A DNA stretch of 55,005 nucleotides, taken from the NCBI GenBank assembly GCA_001938485.1, contig MQRK01244079.1, positions 8,338 to 63,342 of the forward strand, given 5' to 3'. The position numbers were made by a program, and so were the translations under genes. This stretch comes from Girardia tigrina. Lineage: Eukaryota. This document shows, piece after piece, positions 24,713 through 37,479 of the stretch; positions within the stretch are counted from its first letter, which is position 1; each line of letters begins with the position of its first letter. The notes under the pieces were generated by a model, which ran no database searches, was not told where the DNA came from, and was given only the letters and a program-made list of their open reading frames with translations.

Positions 24713-26470
24713 CAGTAGGAGACAAATTATTACATACACCTCTATTTTTAATGTTTTTCCTTTATAAATATTTTATTAAAATGAATATCTTTCTGATATT
24801 TTTTACAATATTCTTTATGACGATGAACACATTTTCGCAAAATTTCGTATATATATGTTCATTTTTCAAAAAGTTATAACACTTTGAACATAAAATACGA
24901 TGGACAAATTATTAAATACACAAAGACACTGTTACGCAATAAAAGTCGGAAAAGCCAAATAAAACACAAAACACATATATTTAAGGTACAAATCTTTACC
25001 TTAATGTTTCTAATATCTTATATTACCTCCTTTAGCTTTAATTACTGCATCAATCCGTCGTGGCATGCTTTCAATAACGTTCTTTATTGTCACAGTAAGG
25101 CCGACATCTTGAAACCAAACCCGATTAAGTTCGGCGACCAGACCCTCTTTGGTAGTTATGGTTTGTCGTGATAGACGGTCTTTGACCAAGGCCCATATAT
25201 TTTCGATGGGATTCAAGTCAGGCCTGTTACCCGGCCAAGGCAACATCGGAACGTTTTGCGTTTCTAAATATGTCTTCACAATCTTAGCTGTATGGCAGGG
25301 TGCCCCATCCTGCATGAATATGAAATCTTTACTTCTTGGAAACCATTTCTTTATTTGAGGAATTGCTGAATTNNNNNNNNNNNNNNNNNNNNNNNNNNNN
25401 NNNNNNNNNNNNNNNNNNNNNNGAGGAATTGCTGAATTACGTATGACATCTAAATATTTTTCCGAATTCATAATGCCATCACAGACGTGAAGTGAACTAG
25501 GGCCCTTGCAACTGATCATCCCCCACACCATTACCTTAGTTTGATGCTTAGTTCTTGGTCTGGTCGGGGGTGGTGAACCTATAGTTTGCCAAATTCGAGG
25601 CCACTCTGCATAACGGCATTCGAAAGTGCTTTCCTCACTAAAACATACCTTGTTCCATTGATCTTGAGTCCATTTACGATGCAGAAGAGCAAAAGCTAAA
25701 CGTTTTCGTTTCATTGCAGGAGTCAGCTTTGGTACTCGTCTTGCCTTAACTGATCGACAACCCAATTGATTGAGATGGTGGCACACGGTGCGAGTAGATA
25801 CACGAACTCCATAAGAATTCCATTCATTTTGAAGTTGAGCTGCAGTTGCTAAAGGATTTCTTCTGAGGTTGCGAACCAGTATTATATCCTCAATTGTTGT
25901 AGGAGCCTTTTTGCGACCACTTTTTCCTACTCTTATAGCATCGCTAGTCGAATATACAGAGTCATTCTTGCATTTTGTTACTGTCATCACGCTAACATCG
26001 CATCTTCTAGCTATTTCTCGCATTGAAAGTTCAGTATTTTTCAACAAAACCAATATTGTCACCTTCTTTTCTTTTGATATATCTTGAGACCTTCCCATTC
26101 TTTACTAAATACTGTGTTAGTTGATAAAATGATTGTAATTACACAAATTTACACATCAATTATATTACCTAGATTATGTAATAACATTGCATACTAAATT
26201 AAATTACACAATTTAAATCGTAAATCACCTTTCTGACCTTTATTGCATAACCGTGTCTTTGTGTATTTAATAATTTGTCCATCGTATTTTATGTTCAAAG
26301 TGTTATAACTTTTTAAAAAATGAACATATATATACGAAATTTTGCGAAAATGTGTTCATGGTCATAAAGAATATTGTATAAAAATATCAGAAAGATATTC
26401 ACTTTAATAAAATATTTATAAAATAAAAACATTAAAAATAGAGGTGTATGTAATAATTTGTCTCCTACTG
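24713..26470 (-). mobile_element. Full-length Tc1 DNA transposon with long IR/DR-type terminal inverted repeats
   Basis: Termini are TA|CAGTAGGAGACAAATTATTACATACAC...GTGTATGTAATAATTTGTCTCCTACTG|TA. The TIRs exceed 200 bp and are nearly identical, with an inner direct repeat GACAAATTATTAAATACAC at ~24903. Confidence 0.95.
25010..26098 (-). CDS. Tc1 (DD34E) transposase, nearly intact
   Basis: It has a paired-like HTH, VCFSEES (first catalytic D reads E), KVMVWG, FMQDGAPCH, PDLNPIENIW and VIKAKGGNIRY. It spans an N gap flanked by a 16-bp overlap. Confidence 0.9.
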   Translation of the reverse strand: MGRSQDISKEKKVTILVLLKNTELSMREIARRCDVSVMTVTKCKNDSVYSTSDAIRVGKSGRKKAPTTIEDIILVRNLRRNPLATAAQLQNEWNSYGVRVSTRTVCHHLNQLGCRSVKARRVPKLTPAMKRKRLAFALLHRKWTQDQWNKVCFSEESTFECRYAEWPRIWQTIGSPPPTRPRTKHQTKVMVWGMISCKGPSSLHVCDGIMNSEKYLDVIRNSAIPXXXXXXXXXXXXXXXXXNSAIPQIKKWFPRSKDFIFMQDGAPCHTAKIVKTYLETQNVPMLPWPGNRPDLNPIENIWALVKDRLSRQTITTKEGLVAELNRVWFQDVGLTVTIKNVIESMPRRIDAVIKAKGGNIRY

Positions 26471-28445
26471 TATGTTAAAATGATGATTACGTGATCAATT
26501 ATGCAATTACTGCTTCACGAAAATCAACAGGAGATTTAATTTTAATACTTTTTAATTTTATTTCTTTTCTTTTTAATTTATTTAATTTCTCTTTTTTAAT
26601 GTCAAGAATTGAGATCTCAAATAAAGCACTGTATATAAAGATGTTATTTCAACTGTAAATGGATCCAATATTCGACTCATGCAAACAGATAATTTTTACT
26701 CATTGAGCATTTTAACAATTACTTTCAATAAAAAGTAAGTCGTTTGTAGTAAACTTTTCATACCGTTTAATAAATAAACGTTTAGGTTTAATAACAAAAA
26801 AATAAAGAATAAGAAAGTTTTCATCACTACGACTGCGGATTACTGTCCAACGACATTATTAATAAAAGATTGTTTTGAGCTTTCAACAGTGTTCGTCGGA
26901 GAATCCTGATTTCCTTTTCCAAATTTAGTAAATGATTTCTACATTCCAATCGTGTTGCCAGGCTGTTTATTTCTGAATTGTCAAGACATTTGAAGCACAT
27001 CAGATCCATCATGCTCACATATTTCGTTACGCCCCTAATTTCATTTACTTCCACTAATTGGATGACAACCTTTCTTTCTTCATTCTGAGCTATTTTCAAT
27101 TTTTCTTGCATTATTAAATCTTCCGCCATTTTCACATTTTTAACGAAATTAAAATCGCGATTTGTCATGCCATAAAGATTTGATATAACAGATTTTTCAG
27201 GTTTGGAAGATTTGGAAGATAACCATTTGAATCCGAAATTAATTTTTAATTAGAATTAAAACGTCAGTGATTTGTTCAAGTAATCCATATCGGACTACTT
27301 CGATACATGTCATTATTTCAGGTTGAGATTTTCAGGAATCTTTCTCACACGATACTGTTTCTGATGTTCGATATTGATAGTTTATTTTAAGCACTTTATT
27401 TTTTTCTTCATACATTTTAATAAGACTTGTTACATTTGGAGAACGACTACGATGTGGCACTTCGGAGTTACTGTTATTTAACTCGACAACTTCAGAGAGA
27501 GCTATAAGACTGTTTATCCCGTTTTCTTGATTAATTGATGACAATTTGATTGCTTCATAATGATTTGTATTTCGAATGCGAGACGTTAAAATATTGGACT
27601 GGCTTTAAATATTATAGTTCTATGTTGCCCCGTTTTATTTTATGTGAAGTTTAGTGTTAACGTTTCTTTGAATTAAATCTTAATAATTAAATAGTGTGTT
27701 TAATTAACAAATTGTCCTATTATTAGTAGTGGAATTGGTTAAATTCTTTTATTTAATTTTTTCATGTTGTAATTTATAATATCTTTATATAAAATCAAGC
27801 AGAGAAAATAATTCAGCAATTATCATTCAGATATAAAAACTATAAGGTTTTCAAACGATTTGAATTGGAAATTAATTATAATTAATTTACAATGTGGGCC
27901 TACTGAAATATGCGCTTTTCGGACTGTGCGCTTATTTCTGGTTACCAGTTTAATTTTGTATTAATTTTGCGTCAATTTTTAATTTTATATTTATAATTTT
28001 CTTTCATTGTTATTTTTGTTTAAATAATACCACCAGGATGAATTTCTCATAAAGCCAACTAATTTATTTGACCAATTTATTTATATATAACCTACATCTC
28101 AGAGGCGCCCGAGTCGTGAACATATCGTTGTCTCTTTTTAAGTTAATTAAGTTAACTTTAAGTTAACTCAGTCGTTAGTGTAATGTGACGTGCGACGTTT
28201 GTATATATGTGGTAAGTGCAATTTACGACTATTTGATGCGCACTCAAAGCGTATGGTTGTCTTTCCAAGACTCAGTCATATGGTTTTCTTTCTGTGGTTA
28301 AACAGCTGATTGATAAAGTTGCAAAATTACCGTCCAAATCTTTCAATTTCTACAACAATGAAAAATTCAATTATATTGATAGCATGTTGCTCGATTTAAC
28401 AACGAAATCAATATTAACCTACAAAACCGACCGTCCACTTGATGA

Positions 28446-31338
28446 TTTAAAATATGATGATTTTTTCGATTTACAAAAACTATATTATTTAAACAAATTA
28501 GAATTAATCCATTAAATTACACTCCCCCATGATCTACAGATCAAATCACATAATCGTCCAGTTACTGAGGTACCTTCCGTACCTGCATCGGTCGTTCAGT
28601 GGAATCTGTAGCTCTACCTCTTGCGTTGTCGGTCCACTCATTTCGTCTTTACTGTCTGAAATGCGATCATCGGAATCCACTAACATCAGTTGTCGATTGT
28701 CCACTGCTCTCCTGATGTGGCATATATGTCTCGTGATTCCATCGTCGTCCAGCTCCACCCCAACTGCAGACTTCAACGATGTAATTGCATACTGCCCCGT
28801 CCATGGTTCAGCGAATTTCCTGCCGACTCTCAAATAAACATTTTCACCAATACTAAACGGGTTTTTCTCCGTAGCGTCATACTCATCATTCGAGATGCAC
28901 TCCGAGATGAATTTACATTCAACTTGACGCTCATCTCGAATCATTAGTAGTCGAGGCTTGGCATGGAACATCAATTCATAGGGCCCCGCATCCCGGTGAC
29001 CCGTCGTACTGTGGCACCAAAACACACATTCGCTGATAGACTTTGCACATCTCAAAACCATTGTCTTAATGGTGCGGTGATTTCTCTCGCACATCCCATT
29101 ACCTTGATGCCGATAGGCTACGGTGAACCCTTGCTCGACTCTACATTTATCTAACAACCGTCTTACTGGGGAACTTCGATAGACAGCCGCATTATCGGAA
29201 AAGAAACGTTTCGGTAGTCCAAATTCTGAGCATACGCTATCGATATGCCAAATTTATTTCCTCGGCGGATTCACTGCGCAACTTTCTTCAAATACAAAAT
29301 CTTGTTGCTGAATCCACTATGGTCAGATACGCGACACCGTTGAAATAGGTCACATCGCTATAAAGATCTTTGAACACTCAAAATATCGCTTGATAACTTC
29401 CTTAACTTGATCCTACTTTATTGCATTAGTCTCATATTTTTCCCTCAACAGTTATTTCGTCCCATCGACTCCAAAGTGAAAGATATCATGAATTTCTTGA
29501 TCTCATCAACATTTGGATACTGATTTACTTCAATGACGTTTACTTCCACTTTCCTGTTTAGCCATTGTTTTGGAACCATTGTCAAACAATCTGCTATATT
29601 CAATTAAGATTTAACCAATTCCAGTTCAACTTCCAGTTTTTCTTGATCTTTCAACTTTCTCATGATATCAGGTCTTCGACATACCAAATTTTCAGATAAC
29701 GTGCGGGTTCTTGGGTTGTGTGTATTCTTGAATACTGCCATGAGCCATCCATACACTGTTGCTGAGTCCGTCATCAGCTTGAACTTATGAAAACCCCAGG
29801 TTATTGCCAAGTTTATTCCTCTTATGGCCGCATCCAGTTCACTTATATTAATATGGTTTGTATCGTCTTCTTTCGTTAACCAAGCAGTGTCTTCAACGAT
29901 ATTACCGTTAATACACAATAGTACGCTCATTGTTATACTACATGCATCTGTCCAAATGACAACATTATTATTACAATTGCTGGATCTCCATCCATCCTCA
30001 GCCTTTGACAGATTTCATTAACTTTATGATGTCTTTTGGCACTACTTCATTCCAGCCTACCTTGTATTTTGCAGTTAATCTCTGAATGTAGACACAAGCA
30101 ACTCGTAACTATCGTGCAACTGGTACATGGCCTATCCACTCCCCTAAAATTCCATGTACTTCTCTTCTGAAGCTCCTTAGTTATGAGCTTTTGGTCTCTT
30201 CTCTACTGCTAATTGCTTTGAACATTCAGTCCAAGCACCCTAACTTCTTTGTCTAAGACAATCCGTTCTATGGGTTTAGACTCCAACCCAAACCAGCGAA
30301 AAATTCCTGGGATTTGTGCAACCTCTTCTAATAAGAGTGGCATTACTCACCGTGTCGATCATCCCCTTCATCATTTTCCCGTCGATTAGTGCTTGACGAA
30401 TCAATAAATTCGGAATAACAGCTGAACATGAATAAATTAATGGCGATTCCGAATTTTTGAGGCGATTCACGGCCGCCTTGTTGACACAGTTGTCCTCGGG
30501 GCGTTGTGGCTTTTTATAGGCGTAACTATTGCCGTAAGTTACAACACCACCGCCTCTTACTGTGATATTTGGTCCTACGCCATTCACTTGGGAGAAGTTG
30601 GACCCGAGACCCCTTCCCTCTGTCATTTCCCGACATGTTACAGTTTGCTTTTATAAGTCCGACTGCTCCGCATTTAAAGCATTTACCTCTATACGTATTC
30701 TGTGTGTGACAAAGTCGATTACAACTAACACATCGAAATTTACTGTTGGTCGCCGCAATCACTTCTTGAAGACGTTGATGAGGCGATATCGTTTTGGCCA
30801 AGTTCACCACACTCTTGAACATGAATTCGACGTCTAATCTTGACTGCACCTCTATTTTTAATTGATCCGATAAACTGTGAATAAATGTCATTGTACAAAA
30901 CGCATCGATCGGATCCTGGTCCCCAACAACGGTCAGTCAGCTGATTAATCTCGGCCGCCGACACGTCCGATCTGTCACCAGGGAGAATCTTCTTTTGACC
31001 AAGCAACAGCCATGCGTCAAATCTCCCCAAACCAAACACTCGGAGCAACTCACTTTTGATTTCCTTGAAACTTCTCTGTTGATCCAGCGATAAGACCTTC
31101 CACGTGTCGTATGCAGGTCCGTCCAACAGCATGACCAAGCATGAGACTTCTTTTTCCATTAACCCGTCTACCTCGATGGTAAACTCTAATCGGTAGATCC
31201 AACGTTCCACGTCCTCCCCACCATCAAATTTCTTCAAATTACTGATAGCTTTTATAGCTGCGATAGCTTGTAAAATAAGATGATTTTTTTCGATTTACAA
31301 AATCTATATTATTCAAATAAATTAGAATTCATCCATTA
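28446..31338 (-). mobile_element. Ty3/Gypsy LTR retrotransposon, internally deleted (gag-PR-[RT mostly missing]-RH-IN), very short LTRs
   Basis: Domains are gag (KFDGGEDVERW, zinc-knuckle remnants), protease MIDTVSNATLI, RNase H VIWTDAC...NISELDA...LMTDS, and integrase YRHQGNGMCERNHRTIK. The PPT GGGGGAG abuts TGT at 28521. Direct repeats lie at 28446-28521 and 31269-31338. Confidence 0.9.
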
Positions 31339-32550
31339 TGTGAGAAGTGGTTGCAACGTCTATATCAGAATTCATTTTTTTTNNNNNNNNNNNNNNNNNN
31401 NNNNNNNNNNNNNNNNNNNNNNNNNNNNNNNNNNNNNNNNNNNNNNNNNNNNNNNNNNNNNNNNNNNNNNNNNNNNNNNNNNNNNNNNNNNNNNNNNNNN
31501 NNNNNNNNNNNNNNNNNNNNNNNNNNNNNNNNNNNNNNNNNNNNNNNNNNNNNNNNNNNNNNNNNNNNNNNNNNNNNNNNNNNNNNNNNNNNNNNNNNNN
31601 NNNNNNNNNNNNNNNNNNNNNNNNNNNNNNNNNNNNNNNNNNNNNNNNNNNNNNNNNNNNNNNNNNNNNNNNNNNNNNNNNNNNNNNNNNNNNNNNNNNN
31701 NNNNNNNNNNNNNNNNNNNNNNNNNNNNNNNNNNNNNNNNNNNNNNNNNNNNNNNNNNNNNNNNNNNNNNNNNNNNNNNNNNNNNNNNNNNNNNNNNNNN
31801 NNNNNNNNNNNNNNNNNNNNAATTTTTAATTTTTTAAAATATTTAATAAGCAAATTAACATAAAAATATTTTACCCTTTAAATTAAAAAATAATAAACTA
31901 TTCAGGCGAGATAAAAATTTAAATTAACCCCTCATACATTAAATTACAGTTGCGAACCAACTGAATCGATTTGAGATGTGCTGCGAGAAATGGGTGTGTC
32001 AATGGCACCAACCAATGTAATACGAACGACGAAATCGGTCAATAATCAAAAGATTAACCGGTCAACCGACCAACCGACAAGAAAAAGCGAGAAATTATCA
32101 TTCAGACGGAATTTTTCACGATTATTTTACTCAAAAAATGATTTCTAATTAAATATTGTTGATAATTATTTTATTATTCTATTTAATGAATTTATTGATA
32201 ATAAAAATACGTAATTAAAAATAACACTAATACTTTTTTTCAATAATTACTTTATCAATAAAATTAATATGGATAATTTTAATGAAAAACTTAGTAGAAA
32301 TGCTTTTCTAATAATAGTAATAAACATATTTAGAGAAAATTATACCGATTTTTTTTCAAAAGTTTACACAAAAATCGATATTAATGAACCAATATAATTG
32401 GACGACAACAATAGAAATTATATTTTTTCATTCTTTAGAAACAAAATGTTCGATTTTTCTTTAATGAATTTTCTAAATAATGATATCTCAGCAAATAATA
32501 TTGCTAAAAATAATTACTTCATCAATAAATTTTACCATTGTTATCTAATA

Positions 32551-32626
32551 CAGGGTGGTCCAGAATAATAGCAACTGAGTTCACAGGCTATGATGGCAAC
32601 TTTTACTATGATTTTGAGCTACCCTG
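32551..32626. mobile_element. Tiny Tc1/mariner-type MITE
   Basis: TA|CAGGGTGGTCCA...TGAGCTACCCTG|TA: imperfect 12-bp TIRs with a TA duplication. Confidence 0.55.
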
Positions 32627-32701
32627 TATGATTTTTCTTTGTTTTTATGCTTTTTAGATTATTTTCTAATAAAAATCATAATTTGTATCTTTATTTTTAG
32701 A

Positions 32702-34667
32702 ATGGTGAAGAAATCTATTCATCGTGATTCAATCAATGCTCTCTACAAGAAGGGTGTTGCGGCGACCGAGATTATTAATTGATTATGAGTCAATAAAACA
32801 GTCACTTATCGAACAATTCAAAGGCATACTGAACTGAAACAAGTGAAGATCGAAAAGAAAAGGACATGAATTGTTCCGTCAGAACAAAGTAGGCAATTAA
32901 AATAATGTGGACCGAAATCCGAAAAAAAGGTCATCTTTCTATCACGCAAGATGTCAATCCAAAGTTGCATGTCTCGCTCTTCTTTGCATCGAATCATTAT
33001 TGATGATCTTAAATTTAATGCCTGCAAACAAAATGAAGTTCAACTTTTATCAAAAAGAATCGAAAAGGCCAATCAAAGGCTTTGCTTCGACGATTCTGTG
33101 CTCTTCAACATATGCAAATCATTTTCTCCGACGAAAAGATTTTTATAGTAGAAGAATATTTGAATCGACAAAACGATCGAGTTTACACCAAATCAAAACC
33201 AAATATTCATCGAGTTTCTCATCCACAATCAGTCATGTTTTTTACTGCGAAAACTTCAGATGGAAAGATGCCCTGATTTTCCTTGATATGAATGTAAAGA
33301 TTAACCAAGATATCTATCTAGATGTTTTGAAGAATCAACTTATTCCATGGGCTATTTCACATTTTGGAACAAGCATGTTTTCACTGAGATTAAGTCGGCT
33401 ATCATCTTCCCAAGTTCCACATCGATCAGAGTGATATTAGCGAGTTGATACGACGAGTTGAGAAATTCAAGTCTCGATACAATACACTGAAATTTGACGA
33501 TCAAACTTTCGGACATCGAATTCCTGCTGCCCGTGATCCACGATTCACGGTTATTGCTGCCGCCGCTTGTCGTAACGGAACTGATGTTGTTCTCGTTCGA
33601 TGAACAAGATGATATTGAATCTACATTTCTTACATCGTCGTTTAAATTGACAATCATCGAATCGCTTTCAATTTCGTGACATGTTTTCATTTTAATCGCA
33701 TTATCGACTGTTAAAACTGTACAATGATCGGTATCAATTATCGTTTCGTCTTCTTTTAACTGTTCGAATTTTATTATTTTTTGATTCGACAGATTCGTTT
33801 CATTCTCGTTGCTCTCACTCGAATAATCGTTATCGCCAATCGAATCGCGCTCGTTGTCGTTCTCACGCTCATTATCGAACTCGTCACTCTTATTCGATTT
33901 ATCGCCGATTTTCACGTTTGATTGATTGAAGTAGTCGCGATTTCAATTCGTCTTTCAAACTGGTCGTCAATAAAGAACGATTTTCCAGTTCAATAATCAA
34001 TTCAGGTTTGTTGAGTCGAGAAATATTCATTCACCGATAACCAATAATATTCTATTTAATTAATTCAAGTTCGATCTTTTTAATCTTAATATATTCACTT
34101 CGAAAAACGTTTGAAATCAACACTTAACACTGATATAACTTTATTTATATTTTCCACAAATGCTGCCACGTAACATATTATTTAAACACAAAATTTTCTT
34201 GATGTTTCCAGATAACAAAAATAACATTAAATGTTTTTTTAAAACATTTAAAAATTTTTTACACAAATAATATAATTTATTTTACAAATACTGATATATA
34301 TATATATTTTTTACTTTTAAATATTATATATATATTTATTAATCAGTCGAAAACAATGCATATGGATTGCGCACCCGCTCATAAGGCTCGAAAAGTGCAG
34401 ACTTGGTGCCAGCAAATCTGCCTGGTTTTATTAAGTTCTCTAAATGGCTACCAAGCTCTCCGGATTTAAATACCCTTGATTATTTTGTCTGGTCCGTTCT
34501 GGAATCTAAAGCCTATTCAAAACTGCACACAAATGTCAACTCTGAAGAAATCCGTTTTGAAAGCATGGGAAGAGGTCGACACAGCCTACTTGGTCGCCAC
34601 GGTCAACGCATTCCCCAAACGTCTTAAAAGCTGCATTAATATCGATGGGTCACACTTTATATTTTAA
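32702..34667 (+). mobile_element. maT/DD37D-type transposase pseudogene interrupted by a ~1 kb insert
   Basis: The 5' half has IIFSDEKIFIVEEYLNRQNDRVY, HPQSVM and VKINQDIY. After the insert come DCAPAH...WLPSSPDLNTLDYFVWSVLE, with 37 residues between the second and third D once a frameshift is corrected. Confidence 0.88.
33385..34030 (-). pseudogene. SAP-domain plus acidic low-complexity protein fragment inserted in the maT transposase
   Basis: The ATG at 34030 gives MNISRLNKPELIIELENRSLLTTSLKDELKSRLLQSI, which fits the SAP pattern. It frameshifts into the acidic ORF 33352-33915. Confidence 0.55.
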
Positions 34668-35312
34668 TTATTATTTGTGTTTTTTAATCCCTTTTCGTCA
34701 GTATTATAATAAGTTTTGGAATTACCAGCAACACTGTCGTCAGTTTGATGTATCAAACAGGACAATTAAGTGAATAAAATCAACTCATCAAAACGCATAT
34801 AAATGAATCATATCGGATCCAATTGGACATTTATGCATACAATGTAACTATTAAGAAATATAAATTAATAAAGTGGTAGTTAAAAATTTCCTAACCCGAA
34901 ACAAATTATTACACGCCTACATGTGTACATTAATACACGAAAACAAGGTCCTTTTAAATATATATTTGGACAATTAACAGTCTGATCATTTAAACATGTG
35001 TGAAAATATTTCAAATATTTCATCTGCATCATCAAATGCCACAGAGCCTGAAGTCGATGTTACAGCTCAAAAATCTAATACAAACTCAGGAAAGAGCAAG
35101 AAATCCGAAGTACTTCATTGTAGCACATCCAATTTTCATCCTTTCTGTGTAGAATTTCCACCATAGATAAAAAGAGGATCATAAACGCCTATAAGGAAAA
35201 TCAAAACTTTATTCCTTTTGCTTGACCAAGAAAGATAAACAATTCCACTACCAGGGGTTGTATATACATGTACCGTAAATGTCGTAGTCCAACAACTGAC
35301 AAACATGGTGAC

Positions 35313-36547
35313 TGTTGGGGTAATGTTGTAATAATGTAATAATAATGTAAATATGAACTTTTTATTTACTTATTCTTATTTTGAATTTGAAATTTTTATT
35401 TATTTATTTTTATGTTTTTGTGAAATTTCGTNNNNNNNNNNNNNNNNNNNNNNNNNNNNNNNNNNNNNNNNNNNNNNNNNNTGAAATTTTTATTTATTTA
35501 TTTTTATGTTTTTGTGAAATTTCGTTTGTGATGCATGCTTTGTTTTTATTATTATTTATATATTATTTATCAAAATATGAACCTTAATTTATATATTTAT
35601 AATTTTATAAATAAATTAATTTTAATATGATTTATTATTTAAAATTATTATTATTGAACCTTAAAATTATTATTTAAACTTTAAAATTATTATATTGACG
35701 CGTCTGTACTCTGCGTGTTTTGTCACGCACTGCACTTGCATTCAAACCATAAGCCACGCATCTCTCACGCGTAACCTTTGACCATTTTGTCACGCATCCG
35801 TTGCGTCAATTGTTTTACCACAAACTATATAAACACCAGTTTAAACTGAGTTANNNNGAACAAGCTTATTCCTTTGACAGGTAATATTATCCTTTTTTTA
35901 GGCGAACAAGCTTATTCCTTTGACAGGCACAACTTATTCCTTGTACAGTGACGAAATTATTCAGCGAAGCTCCAGATCATTTGAGATAAGCCTCGGATTG
36001 TTCTACGTGACGAAATTATTCGGCGAAGCTTCCGATCATTTGAGATTAAGCCTCGAATTTGTGACCAGTTCGATTGTGTGGATAATTACTATAATAATTC
36101 GAACAGAGCGTCGTTTAGTAAAAGGTTAAATTAAGTTTTCTTTATTCGAAATAATTTTCTCCTTTAAATTAATATATTTAAAATCAATAATCTTCTATAA
36201 TTATATTAAAGTATTAATTTTTATTTACCACTTAAACTTCTGGTAACTGGAGAACGGTGTTTTCCAGTTCCATAAAATCCTCGCATCACACACGTAGGAT
36301 ATTTATTATATTTTCTTGTCATTAACGTGAAATTTGTAAATTGTTGTAAACAGCTTAATAAATATTTTAAAAGAAAAAGTCTGACGTTATTTATTCATTG
36401 ATTAAAGTTGTTAATTGATTTAAAGATTTTAAAGAGTCAATTTCCATTTTTAAATTTTAATTTATAAAACTCGGATTGCAGGAGATTTATTTATTTCTCC
36501 TTTGTTACGACGTTTGGGAAATATAAAATTGACCCTTGTGCGTAACA
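35313..36547 (+). mobile_element. Solo LTR family A, copy 2 (TSD TGAC)
   Basis: Termini are TGTTGGGG...GCGTAACA, with TGAC at 35309-35312 and 36548-36551. It is homologous to 8876-10058. Confidence 0.9.
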
Positions 36548-37479
36548 TGACCATAAGAATGTCATTATTTCTCCGAGATTTATTTACATATTTAAAATAT
36601 TGAAATATATGTAAAATCACCCAACATACATCCTTGCCGAAATAATGAATTTCCTTGTCAGTATGTGTAAAACCTTTATTCATCGTTAATTTCAAATAAA
36701 GGCTTTACAAGCAAAACAAAATAAAATAACGTAGATAACAAATAAAACTGTATTAATTAATTAACAAACAAATACAAAAAAAATAAACACAGACCATAAA
36801 TAAAAAATTTCCAATAAAAGGATTGAGTTGGCAATTGACAATGAATGTTAATAGGAAAGCAATTGTTTTCTGTTGCAGCTTATTTCAATTATCTCTGAAA
36901 ATCCACTAATCCATTGCGTATTGATTTTTTTATTTTAGTTTATTTTTTATATTATATTATTTATATTATAATAAAATTTCAAATCATGCTTGACAAACAG
37001 ATTAATAAAATAGAAGCATCTCCGTCTATCTCATTTTGAAAGCAGAATTTCAGCAAACAATTTATAAATATTTACAATCTTCTTTTTCATCAAGATAACT
37101 CTTTGAAACACTTTTACTCTTTCAGCAGCATTCGAGCAGCATATTCCTATTCGAAATCAGCAAAGAGAAACGTAAGATTTTTCCTTGCTTTTCGACATTG
37201 AACTCTTTATTCGATACTTTCGTCAGAGACAATTTTCTTTCCTTTCTAATAATTCTTGAACAGGAAGAATATCAATAAAAAGTACATTTTCAGAAATAGA
37301 ATCCCGTTCGTTTTTGCAAAATAAATAAATAAACAAACAAACATTCGAAAGCACAATCAACCTTGAAAATACACACATCAAACACGAAAGAAACATCAGA
37401 ACACTCGAAAGTAAACACCAAGGTCAAAAAGCACACAAATAAAGTAATCACGCAGTGTCAGTAGTAGGGCACTACAGTA

